16,220 nt of DNA. It comes from an uncultured Deinococcales bacterium. Lineage in GTDB: Bacteria; Deinococcota; Deinococci; Deinococcales; JAAFIG01. This document shows, one piece after another, positions 1 to 7,426 of the stretch. Every line of letters starts with the position of its first letter. Positions within the stretch are counted from its first letter, which is position 1. Made by a program: the position numbers and the translations under genes. The stretch lies in NCBI GenBank assembly GCA_964247135.1, contig CAXTTL010000104.1, forward strand, positions 1 to 16,220, read 5' to 3'. A model generated the notes under the pieces. The model saw nothing but the letters and a program-made list of their open reading frames with translations. It did not search any database and had not been told where the DNA came from.

Positions 1-24
1 TTTTTAGATTGCGGTTATCGTTTG

Positions 25-54
25 GCGCGTCAACCATTATGAAAACCGCTGTAA
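25..54 (-). mobile_element. Terminal fragment of the MITE-like element family seen at 7285-7385 (opposite orientation; the rest is diverged or lies outside the window)
   Basis: 25-54 GCGCGTCAACcatTATGAAAACCGCTGTAA matches the reverse complement of 7284-7313 (GCGCGTCAACggaTATGAAAACCGCTGTAA) at 27/30 positions, including the whole 15-bp TIR and the terminal TA. Confidence 0.65.
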
Positions 55-136
55 GCCGCTGTGAAGTTGCGCTTCAGCTTGACGCCAGCTTTGATATGTA
101 ACCTGGATTAAATTCAGATGAGACATCGGAGGTTGT

Positions 137-364
137 ATGGTTTACTTGGAACTGGCGCGACAAGAATTTCTGGAAGGTACGACTTCCAACATACCCGCCG
201 AAGCCGTCGAGAGCGGCGAGCGGTTGATTGAGCAGTGGTGTGACTGCGTCGAGTCGCACCGCCGAGAATATTTTGACCTGACCGACAAGCGCGGGGCGAA
301 TAAACTTTCTGGACGCTCTGGCAGAAGTGTGCTCACCGTCAAGCAATCTCGAGGCACAAGGTGA
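137..364 (+). CDS. Small hypothetical protein (75 aa)
   Basis: GGAGG at 128-132 before ATG 137. No recognisable family. The stop TGA lies inside the first copy of the 17-bp direct repeat. Confidence 0.5.
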   Translation: MVYLELARQEFLEGTTSNIPAEAVESGERLIEQWCDCVESHRREYFDLTDKRGANKLSGRSGRSVLTVKQSRGTR

Positions 365-388
365 GGCTAACCTCGAGGCACAAGGTGA
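348..388. repeat. 17-bp perfect direct repeat, 24-bp period, starting with CTCGAG
   Basis: CTCGAGGCACAAGGTGA at 348-364 and 372-388. Confidence 0.9.
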
Positions 389-471
389 ATGCGTGTTCTG
401 ACTTGGGTTTACCGTCAGCCTGGCATCAGGATGCAAGCCTAAACTACAGTCTATGAAGGTCTTTCAAACCC

Positions 472-861
472 ATGTCTGAGTTCAATATCCTGGTCGCCGA
501 TGACGACCCAGGCATCCGTCACTTTTTGCGGCGAGGTTTGCAACTCGAGGGGTATGACGTCCTGGAAGCCGAGTCTGGCGCGGTGGCGGTCAAAATGGCG
601 AATGAATCCCACCCCAATCTGGTGATTCTGGATTGGATGATGCCAGGTCTTGACGGTCCTGAAACCTTGCGCCAAATTCGGGCGGCGGGCGAAACCATGC
701 CGATCATTTTCTTGACCGGTCGAGATGGTTCAAACCTGGACGGTTTGGCGCTCGGCGCGGCAGATTATTTTTCAAAACCCGTGTCGTTTGCACAGCTTGC
801 CGCACGGCTTCATGCCTTGCTGCCGTCGGTGAATTTGACGCACCAAAACAATTTGATTTAA
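472..861 (+). CDS. Single-domain response regulator (REC only, OmpR-type receiver)
   Basis: ILVADDD acidic pocket, LVILDWMMPGLDG phospho-acceptor Asp, FLTG, DYFSKP. No output domain. The stop overlaps the stop of the convergent kinase gene in TTAA 858-861. Confidence 0.9.
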   Translation: MSEFNILVADDDPGIRHFLRRGLQLEGYDVLEAESGAVAVKMANESHPNLVILDWMMPGLDGPETLRQIRAAGETMPIIFLTGRDGSNLDGLALGAADYFSKPVSFAQLAARLHALLPSVNLTHQNNLI

Positions 862-3800
862 ACCAAGTTGTACTTCAAATCTTGCACCATTGGCAGGCGT
901 ACAATCGCGGTGGTGGTCGCGCCCAGTTCGCTTTCCAGTTCGACCGTGCCGCCGTGTTGTTCGGCAATCCAGCGGGCAATCGACAAGCCCAGCCCAGTGC
1001 CGCCCGTCTGTCTCGAGCGTGAGGTGTCGGTGCGGTAAAAACGCTCGAACACCCTTTTCAGGTCGTCGGGACTGATGCCCTGACCCGTGTTCGAGATTCT
1101 GATTTCGGCATCGCTGTCCGAGCGCTTCAACTCGAGCCAGACCCGTCCGCCCTCGGGGGCATACTTCAGGGCATTGTCGAGCAAAATCAGGGTCAGTTGT
1201 TTGAGTTTGTCCGCGTCGCCCAGGATCGCGCACGGCTCGAGCAACAAATGCTCCAAGCTGCGCCCAGCCGCCAAATGCGCCGCCTCGCGCAGGGTTTCCT
1301 CGAGAATCGGCACGAGTTCCAGACGCTCGAGACGCAAGCCGTCGCCCGCGTCGCCCCGAGCCAGCGCCAGCAGGTCGTTCGCCAGCCGTCCGAGCCGAAT
1401 GGCTTCACGGGCGCTTTCGTTGATCGCGTCCTTGCGTTCCTCAATCGTCATGTTCGGGAAACGCTCGAGCACTTCAAGGTTGCCCTGAATCACCGCGAGC
1501 GGGGCGCGAAGTTCGTGGGCGGCATCTGCCAGAAAACGGCGTTGACTTTCGACCAGCACACCCATTTTTGTTTGGGTTTGGGCAACCACCAGTTCGCTGT
1601 TGTGGCGTTCGGTCACATCGCGGAAAAAGATCGTGATTCCGGCTTGAACTGACACAACAGAAATCTCGAATTGTGCCTCGAGCAACGAAGAATAGGCTTC
1701 AAATTCGAGGGTGACCCGCTCCAGCATCGCTTTGTTGTAATTGGTTTCAAAGATCGAATCTTTTGCGTCTGGGAACAACTCCCAAAGATTGCGTCCAAGC
1801 ATTTCCTCTCGGGTAAATTGGGTTAAACGTGCGCCAGCCGTGTTGACATAGGTCACGACCCAATCACGATTGACCGCGATCAATCCGTCTTTAAGACTCT
1901 CAAAAATCAACTCGGTTTCGTGCTGCAATCGTCCACGCTCGAATTCCGCGTGTTTGAACGCATCAATCCCAAATAAAACCAGCACCGCGCCGTCGGTTTG
2001 ATCCTCGAGCGTGCGGTACGGACGAATCCGCAGCAAAAACCAACAATCGTTGTGGTCTTGCACTTCAAGGTCGCTCGGGGTGTCGGACTCAATCACAGCC
2101 ATGATTAACGCCTGCAAGTTGACCGTCTCGAGCGAATGACGAACCTGCCAGATCGGTTGCCCAATATCGCCAGCCCGCAGCCCCAGGGTTTTTTCGGCTT
2201 GCGGGGTAAAGCGCCGCACGGTCAAATCTGCGCCGACGGTCACAATGCCCAGTTCGACACTCGATTGAAAATTGAGGTGGTCTTCGTTTAACAGCCGCAA
2301 ATCCGTGTTGCGTTCGTTCAATTCGTCATTGATGGTTCGCATCTCTTCGTTGCTCGACTCGAGTTCTTCCTTGGCGGTCTCGAGTTCCTCGTTGAGGCTC
2401 TGCATTTCCTCGTTGGCAGATTGCGCCTCTTCGTTGGTGGACTGCAATTCCTCGTTGCTGGCTTCGCCCTGCTCCTGAATAAATTGCAGGTATTCGCGCG
2501 TCTCGAGCAATTCGCGTTTGAGGTCAGCAATCTGTTGCGTCATGTCCTGAAGCGCCTCGCGGCTGTCTTCGCGGGTCTTGAGGCTGTGAGACTTGGGCTT
2601 GGCTGTTTTCAGGATTGCATCGGCGGCACCCGGCGGCGTCTCAAACAACACCAGCAAACAACCGCGTTGCCGCAGCGGCACCACCTCGAGGTTGAGGGTT
2701 TCAGGCACGCCCTCATGGACAAAACGCACACCTTCGGTTCGCATGGCGCGGTTTTCGGCTTTAACCCGTTCGATCAATGACCGCAACGGCAGCATCAAAC
2801 CCTCTCGCGCCATTCTGAGCAATTGAAAACTTGCCTTGCCGCTCGGCATCTCGAGGAAATGACCCGTGACCCCACGAAATTGCACGATCTCGAGCTGTTC
2901 GTTGACCAACACGCCCGCCGGAGCGTAACGGGCGAGCATGATCCGGTCAGCCTCGCTTTGCAAATCTGGTTTGGGAATGCTGACCGAACTCGCCTGTTCA
3001 GGTTCGGTTTTTGCCGCATTGCTCGCCGTCAGTGGCAGGGTCGGTTTTGGAATTCGGGCGCTGGCGGGCAGCTTGACGTAAACCCGACAGCGGTTGTCCA
3101 ATGGAGCAAACAATTCCGTATGACGCCCCACCGTTTCCGAAGCCCCCAAGAACAATATGCCCTCGGGCTTTAAGGCGTAATGAAAGGTCGGAATCACCCG
3201 CGCCTGCAAGACCGGCTCGAGGTAAATCAGTAAATTGCGGCAAGAGATCAAATCCATGCGCGAAAATGGCGGGTCGGCAAAAACATTGTGGTGCGCGAAG
3301 ACCACCAGCTCACGGACCGCCTTGCTGATGCGGTAAGAGCCGTTCTCTTCGGTAAAAAAACGTTTCAGGCGCTCCTTGGAAACGTCGTGCGTTAAACTTT
3401 TGGCAAAAAATCCCGCCCTGGCTTTCTCGAGGTGGGCTTGGTTTAAATCCGTGGCAAACACCTTGAGCGGAATGCGGAGCTTTTCTTTGTCCATAAACTC
3501 GAGGTACGCCATGGCGAGCGAGTACGCCTCTTGCCCAGTCGAGCAACCACTGATCCAGATTCGCACCTCTTGGTCGGCAGCCCGATTTTTGACCAGGCTG
3601 GGAAAAACCTTGCGTTGCAAAAATTCAAACGCTTGCGGGTCACGAAAAAAACGGGTCACGCCAATCAGCAAATCCTGGTACAACACCTCGAGTTCTGACG
3701 GGTGGGTGCTGAGGCGTTTGGCGTAAATAGCCAGCGAGGCAATATTGTCCAGCAACAAACGCCGATCAATGCGCCGCCGAATGGTGGTCGAACGGTACAA

Positions 3801-4646
3801 GGAGAAATCCACGCCCCGGGCATCGTGCAGCAACCGCAAAATACGCCTGAAACTTTCGTCCTCTGGCGTCAAAGCCGCCTCAGATTTGGCGCTCGAGTCT
3901 GCAAGCTTCTTGCCTTTTACAACGGCTCGAGGTTCGGCAACGTTCTCGAGCAGGTAAGCTTTGTGCGACAAACGCACCAGTTCGGCGGCGATCCCCTCGG
4001 GTGGCAACACAAAATCGACCACGCCAGCCGCCACGGCGCTGTGCGGCATCGAATCAAACTTCGCCGATGCCTCATCCTGGGCAAAGGTGATGCCGCCCTC
4101 GCCCTTGATCGCCTCGAGTCCAAGGGTTCCGTCCGAGGCGGTTCCAGACAGAATCACACCGATGGCGCGGTGCGCTCGGTCCCCAGCCAACGAAATTAAA
4201 AAATCGTCTATCGGTCGGTGCTGCCCGCGTCCCGCCGTGCGGCTCGAGAGTTGCAAAACCCCGTGACTGATTGCCAAATTGGTGTTGGGCGGAATCACGT
4301 AGACGCTGTTGGCTTTGACGCTTGTGCCGTCTTTGATTTCCAAAACTGGCAATTGGGTGGTGCGCGACAGCAAATCCCGCAGCACGCTTTCATGGTTTGG
4401 GTCGAGGTGTTGCACCAGCACAAACGCCATGCCCGTGTCGTTCGGCAGCGCCGCCAGCAACCTCGAGAATGCCTCCAAACCGCCCGCCGATGCGCCAATC
4501 CCCACGACCACCGGAATTGCATCGGGCTTGGCAGGTCGTTTTAAGGCTCGAGCCGCCACTTTTGGTTTGACCACCCGAGCGGCTTTGGTGCCTTTGAGCG
4601 CCTTTGAATCCAGCGAAGATTCCAACACGGGCAGTTTTTGTTTCAC
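858..4646 (-). CDS. CheB methylesterase - CheR methyltransferase - coiled coil - PAS - histidine kinase fusion (CheB/CheR fusion protein, 1262 aa)
   Basis: CheB: GIGASAGG, VQHL, ILSGTASDG (Ser/His/Asp triad). CheR: WISGCSTGQEAYS, FATDL, ISCRNLLIYL, LFLGASE. NEELQSTNEE heptads, then PAS-like segments. H-box DAAHELRAPL, N-box LLDNALKY, F-box FERFYR, G2 GGTGLGLSIA. GTG start at 4646 is tentative. Confidence 0.95.
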   Translation of the reverse strand: MKQKLPVLESSLDSKALKGTKAARVVKPKVAARALKRPAKPDAIPVVVGIGASAGGLEAFSRLLAALPNDTGMAFVLVQHLDPNHESVLRDLLSRTTQLPVLEIKDGTSVKANSVYVIPPNTNLAISHGVLQLSSRTAGRGQHRPIDDFLISLAGDRAHRAIGVILSGTASDGTLGLEAIKGEGGITFAQDEASAKFDSMPHSAVAAGVVDFVLPPEGIAAELVRLSHKAYLLENVAEPRAVVKGKKLADSSAKSEAALTPEDESFRRILRLLHDARGVDFSLYRSTTIRRRIDRRLLLDNIASLAIYAKRLSTHPSELEVLYQDLLIGVTRFFRDPQAFEFLQRKVFPSLVKNRAADQEVRIWISGCSTGQEAYSLAMAYLEFMDKEKLRIPLKVFATDLNQAHLEKARAGFFAKSLTHDVSKERLKRFFTEENGSYRISKAVRELVVFAHHNVFADPPFSRMDLISCRNLLIYLEPVLQARVIPTFHYALKPEGILFLGASETVGRHTELFAPLDNRCRVYVKLPASARIPKPTLPLTASNAAKTEPEQASSVSIPKPDLQSEADRIMLARYAPAGVLVNEQLEIVQFRGVTGHFLEMPSGKASFQLLRMAREGLMLPLRSLIERVKAENRAMRTEGVRFVHEGVPETLNLEVVPLRQRGCLLVLFETPPGAADAILKTAKPKSHSLKTREDSREALQDMTQQIADLKRELLETREYLQFIQEQGEASNEELQSTNEEAQSANEEMQSLNEELETAKEELESSNEEMRTINDELNERNTDLRLLNEDHLNFQSSVELGIVTVGADLTVRRFTPQAEKTLGLRAGDIGQPIWQVRHSLETVNLQALIMAVIESDTPSDLEVQDHNDCWFLLRIRPYRTLEDQTDGAVLVLFGIDAFKHAEFERGRLQHETELIFESLKDGLIAVNRDWVVTYVNTAGARLTQFTREEMLGRNLWELFPDAKDSIFETNYNKAMLERVTLEFEAYSSLLEAQFEISVVSVQAGITIFFRDVTERHNSELVVAQTQTKMGVLVESQRRFLADAAHELRAPLAVIQGNLEVLERFPNMTIEERKDAINESAREAIRLGRLANDLLALARGDAGDGLRLERLELVPILEETLREAAHLAAGRSLEHLLLEPCAILGDADKLKQLTLILLDNALKYAPEGGRVWLELKRSDSDAEIRISNTGQGISPDDLKRVFERFYRTDTSRSRQTGGTGLGLSIARWIAEQHGGTVELESELGATTTAIVRLPMVQDLKYNLV

Positions 4647-4668
4647 GTTTGACCCTTTGGTTGGCTTG

Positions 4669-5043
4669 TTAAGTGCTCAAAGTCACATGAATCAACTCGA
4701 GCAAGGAATCGAACGAAATGGGTTTCACCAAAAAACCGTTGGCTTGCGCCGCCCGCGCACGGTCTTCGGGTTCGTCCCTGCCGGAGAGCACAATCACTTT
4801 CGGACGCGGCTCGAGCAAACTCAATCGCGCCAGCGTCTCAAAACCGTCCAAGCCAGGCATCATCAGGTCCAAGAGCACCAAATCTGGCAGGTAAGTTTGG
4901 AAAGTCTCGAGTCCCAATTCGCCGTCCTCAGCCGTTTGAACTTCAAAACCAGCCAAACCCAAACCGCGCCGCATCAAACTGCGCATTCCAGGTTCATCAT
5001 CAATCACCAACACACGGTGCTTAACCGTGAAGCTTGAAATCAT
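4669..5043 (-). CDS. Single-domain response regulator (REC only, CheY-like), probably co-transcribed with the CheB/CheR kinase
   Basis: VLVIDDE, LVLLDLMMPGLDG, LSGRD, FLVKP. ATG at 5043 preferred over the TTG at 5103 because it sits just before the domain. Ends 22 bp before the kinase start. Confidence 0.88.
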   Translation of the reverse strand: MISSFTVKHRVLVIDDEPGMRSLMRRGLGLAGFEVQTAEDGELGLETFQTYLPDLVLLDLMMPGLDGFETLARLSLLEPRPKVIVLSGRDEPEDRARAAQANGFLVKPISFDSLLELIHVTLST

Positions 5044-5370
5044 GGCGCTCGTGTCAAAGTCACGATTCAATGTTACTCTTTTTGGCAGATTAAAGTAAGG
5101 CAAAATGTTGCAATCAATTTCGTGTGGGTCAAATAATTTACATGCTCTAAGCGGCGCTACTCATGAGAGCAACAACACCTCTCGAGACACCCGAAGGTGC
5201 GTCTTGGGATCAAGAAGAAGCTTGCAGCGCCTTGCAACGGGAGAACTGTCCTAAAATCCAATCAACCCGAAATTCCTTATGCCAATCAAAATGGTTTTGT
5301 AAAATAACCGCAAAACAAACGTCAGACACAGAATCCAATACCAAAATACCCTTTTATGAGTCGCTCGAGT

Positions 5371-5376
5371 TAAAAT
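5371..5376 (+). promoter_or_regulatory. Putative -10 element (TAAAAT) for a leaderless M42 peptidase mRNA
   Basis: TANNNT hexamer 5 nt before ATG 5382, with no convincing Shine-Dalgarno between them. Confidence 0.5.
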
Positions 5377-5381
5377 GAGTC

Positions 5382-6434
5382 ATGACCCCAGACCGTTTGG
5401 ATTTCCTGAAAACCTTGCTGACCACCCCAGGACCGAGCGGTTTTGAAACCCGAGTGGCGAAAGTGTACGGCGATGAAGCCAGCAAGTTCGCAAGTGTCGA
5501 AAAAGACCATGCCGGCAATGTGTATGCCAGCATCAACCCGGGTGCAAAATTGCGCATCATGCTGTCTGGGCATTTGGACGAAATCGGTCTGATCGTGACG
5601 CACATCGACAAGGACGGCTTTATCTGGCTGTCCGGCATCGGCGGTTGGCAAGCCAGCATTTTGCTCGGGCAGCGCCTGCGCCTGCTGGCAAAGGACGGCG
5701 ATCTGATCGGCGTGATCGGTACAAAACCCACGCATTTGATCGAACCCGATGACCGCAACAAAGCCACCAAACTCGAGGACATCTGGCTTGACGTGGGTTT
5801 GAGCGCCGAAGAGGTCAAACAAAAAGTGCGCGTCGGCGATGTCGCGGTGATCGAACAACCCGTGATCGAATTCGGCAACGGTCGTATTGCCTCCAAAGCC
5901 TTGGACAACCGAATCGGCGCGTTTGTGGTGCTCGAGGTGCTGCGGGGTTTAAAAGAAAAAGGTTGCCAACACCACGTTATTGCGGTGGGCAGCACCCAGG
6001 AGGAAATTGGTTTGCACGGCGCAAAAATGGCGGCGTTTAAACTCGAGCCTGATGCCGCCATCGCGGTCGATGTGACCTTTGAAACCTCGCAACCTGGGTC
6101 GAACGTCAAAAAAACGGGCGAGTGCGCCTTTGGTTCCGGCGCGAACCTGACCATTTCGCCCATGACCAGCCCAGTCATAAACGACGGCATTCAAGAGATT
6201 GCCCAAAAAGAGCATCTGGGACTGACCACGGCTGCCAGCGCCAACTGGAGCGGCACCGACGCCGACGAGATTATTCTGGCTCGAGCTGGCATTCCGACGG
6301 CGGTGCTCAGCGTTCCGGTGCGACACATGCACTCGCCCTCGGAAATGGCGGACACCGCCGACATTCAGAGGGTGATTGATGTCATGGTGGCATACATCCT
6401 CAGCCTGCCCGAAAATGCCAGCTTTCAGCGTTGA
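5382..6434 (+). CDS. M42 family metallo-aminopeptidase (FrvX/YsdC/TET-like)
   Basis: Metal-ligand motifs SGHLDEIG, SKALDNRIG, TQEEIGLHGA, AIAVDVT, GTDA, RHMHSPSE. Confidence 0.93.
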   Translation: MTPDRLDFLKTLLTTPGPSGFETRVAKVYGDEASKFASVEKDHAGNVYASINPGAKLRIMLSGHLDEIGLIVTHIDKDGFIWLSGIGGWQASILLGQRLRLLAKDGDLIGVIGTKPTHLIEPDDRNKATKLEDIWLDVGLSAEEVKQKVRVGDVAVIEQPVIEFGNGRIASKALDNRIGAFVVLEVLRGLKEKGCQHHVIAVGSTQEEIGLHGAKMAAFKLEPDAAIAVDVTFETSQPGSNVKKTGECAFGSGANLTISPMTSPVINDGIQEIAQKEHLGLTTAASANWSGTDADEIILARAGIPTAVLSVPVRHMHSPSEMADTADIQRVIDVMVAYILSLPENASFQR

Positions 6435-6572
6435 GCAAAGGATTTTCTGATTTTCGAGCTTGAACCCTCGAGAATGAGGCTTCAAGTCTAAACTCAAGTT
6501 TAAAAGTGCTTAAAAATGCTTGGGTGAGCAAAGTTACCCAAAAGGGGACAACTGTGAATGCAGGATTTTCAC

Positions 6573-6600
6573 TTGCGTTCCGCCCCAACACCCATATACT
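6573..6600 (+). promoter_or_regulatory. Sigma-70-type promoter for a leaderless LysM-NlpC/P60 mRNA
   Basis: TTGCGT (6573-6578), 16-nt spacer, TATACT (6595-6600), then 6 nt to ATG 6607. No SD. Confidence 0.65.
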
Positions 6601-6606
6601 CCTGCA

Positions 6607-7236
6607 ATGCTTCGATTCGTCCTGACCATCCTTGCCATTGCGACATTATTCAGTGCTGCACAGGCGAAGTCTTACGTGGTTCAATCGGGTGACACCCTGT
6701 ATTCGGTCGCCAGATCAAACGGCATCAGCCTGGCGCAACTGATGGTTTTCAACAAGGGGATTAACACCAACCTCAAACCTGGACAGCGTTTAAACCTGCC
6801 AGAATCGGCTCGCGCAACCACGACAAGCAGCAAAACCAAAGCCCCACAAAACACCTTCAGCCGCGCCAGCAGCTCGAGCGTGGTTCAAGCCGCCTACCGA
6901 AACCTTGGGGCGCGTTACGTCTGGGGCGCAAGCCGTCCTGGCGCGTTTGACTGCTCGGGCTTCACGATGTACGTCATGCGCCAATTTGGGGTCAGCCTGC
7001 CGCACTCCTCGAGCGCCCAATTTCGCATGGGTCGCAGCGTTTCACGCGGCAACCTGCAAGCCGGCGACCTGGTGTTTTTCAGCAGCGGAACTCGCGGCGT
7101 GGTGGGACACGTCGGCGTGTACATCGGCAACGGACGCATGATTCACGCCAGCACCCCCAGCACGGGCGTGATCGTCTCGAGCATCAACGAATCGTATTTC
7201 GCCGCCCGTTACCTCGGTGCGCGGCGCGTCAAGTAA
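6607..7236 (+). CDS. Secreted LysM + NlpC/P60 (C40) peptidoglycan endopeptidase (209 aa)
   Basis: Signal peptide MLRFVLTILAIATLFSAAQA; LysM YVVQSGDTLYSVAR...LKPGQRLNLP; catalytic FDCSGF, GHVGVY, MIHAS. Start moved from the track's 6520 to ATG 6607. Confidence 0.93.
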   Translation: MLRFVLTILAIATLFSAAQAKSYVVQSGDTLYSVARSNGISLAQLMVFNKGINTNLKPGQRLNLPESARATTTSSKTKAPQNTFSRASSSSVVQAAYRNLGARYVWGASRPGAFDCSGFTMYVMRQFGVSLPHSSSAQFRMGRSVSRGNLQAGDLVFFSSGTRGVVGHVGVYIGNGRMIHASTPSTGVIVSSINESYFAARYLGARRVK

Positions 7237-7254
7237 AACAAACTTGAAATTTTG

Positions 7255-7285
7255 AGGCTCGAGCGGGAAACGCTCGGGCTTTTTT
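7255..7285 (+). terminator. Rho-independent terminator of the NlpC/P60 gene
   Basis: Stem AGGCTCGAGCG / CGCTCGGGCTT (two G-U pairs), loop GGAAA, T-run 7280-7285. The left arm contains CTCGAG. Confidence 0.8.
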
Positions 7286-7385
7286 ACAGCGGTTTTCATA
7301 TCCGTTGACGCGCTTCTTGACCCTGAAAGCAGCACCTGACGGGCTTGGGTCGCTCCGCGCTTTCACTCCTATGAAAACCGCTGTC
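7285..7385. mobile_element. MITE-like non-autonomous element (~100 bp) with 15-bp perfect terminal inverted repeats
   Basis: ACAGCGGTTTTCATA (7286-7300) and TATGAAAACCGCTGT (7370-7384) around 69 nt of non-coding sequence. Left end reads TA, right end reads TC. A homologous end is present at 25-54. Confidence 0.72.
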
Positions 7386-7426
7386 TGTTGCTACTCCCGC
7401 TGGTCGCCAACGTTCGACGCTTCGCG

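Noticed and set aside
341-388. 24-bp-period repeat as a mini CRISPR array
   Set aside because: Only two copies, a 7-nt spacer and no cas genes; it is a simple duplication.
2300-2470. 21-bp-period DNA repeats (TCCTCGTTG/TCTTCGTTG) as a separate repeat element
   Set aside because: Explained by the NEE heptad coiled coil typical of CheB/CheR fusions.
5163-5378. 71-aa ORF in the divergent intergenic region
   Set aside because: No SD, no recognisable motif, and it overlaps the probable M42 promoter; likely spurious, though not excluded.
4309-6497. Long ORFs 4309..5037 (+), 5354..6190 (-) and 5949..6497 (-)
   Set aside because: Antisense shadows of well-supported genes, with no family motifs.
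6459-6502. Imperfect hairpin CTTGAAcCCTC/GAGGcTTCAAG after the M42 gene as a terminator
   Set aside because: Mismatched stem and no U-tract; too weak to call.
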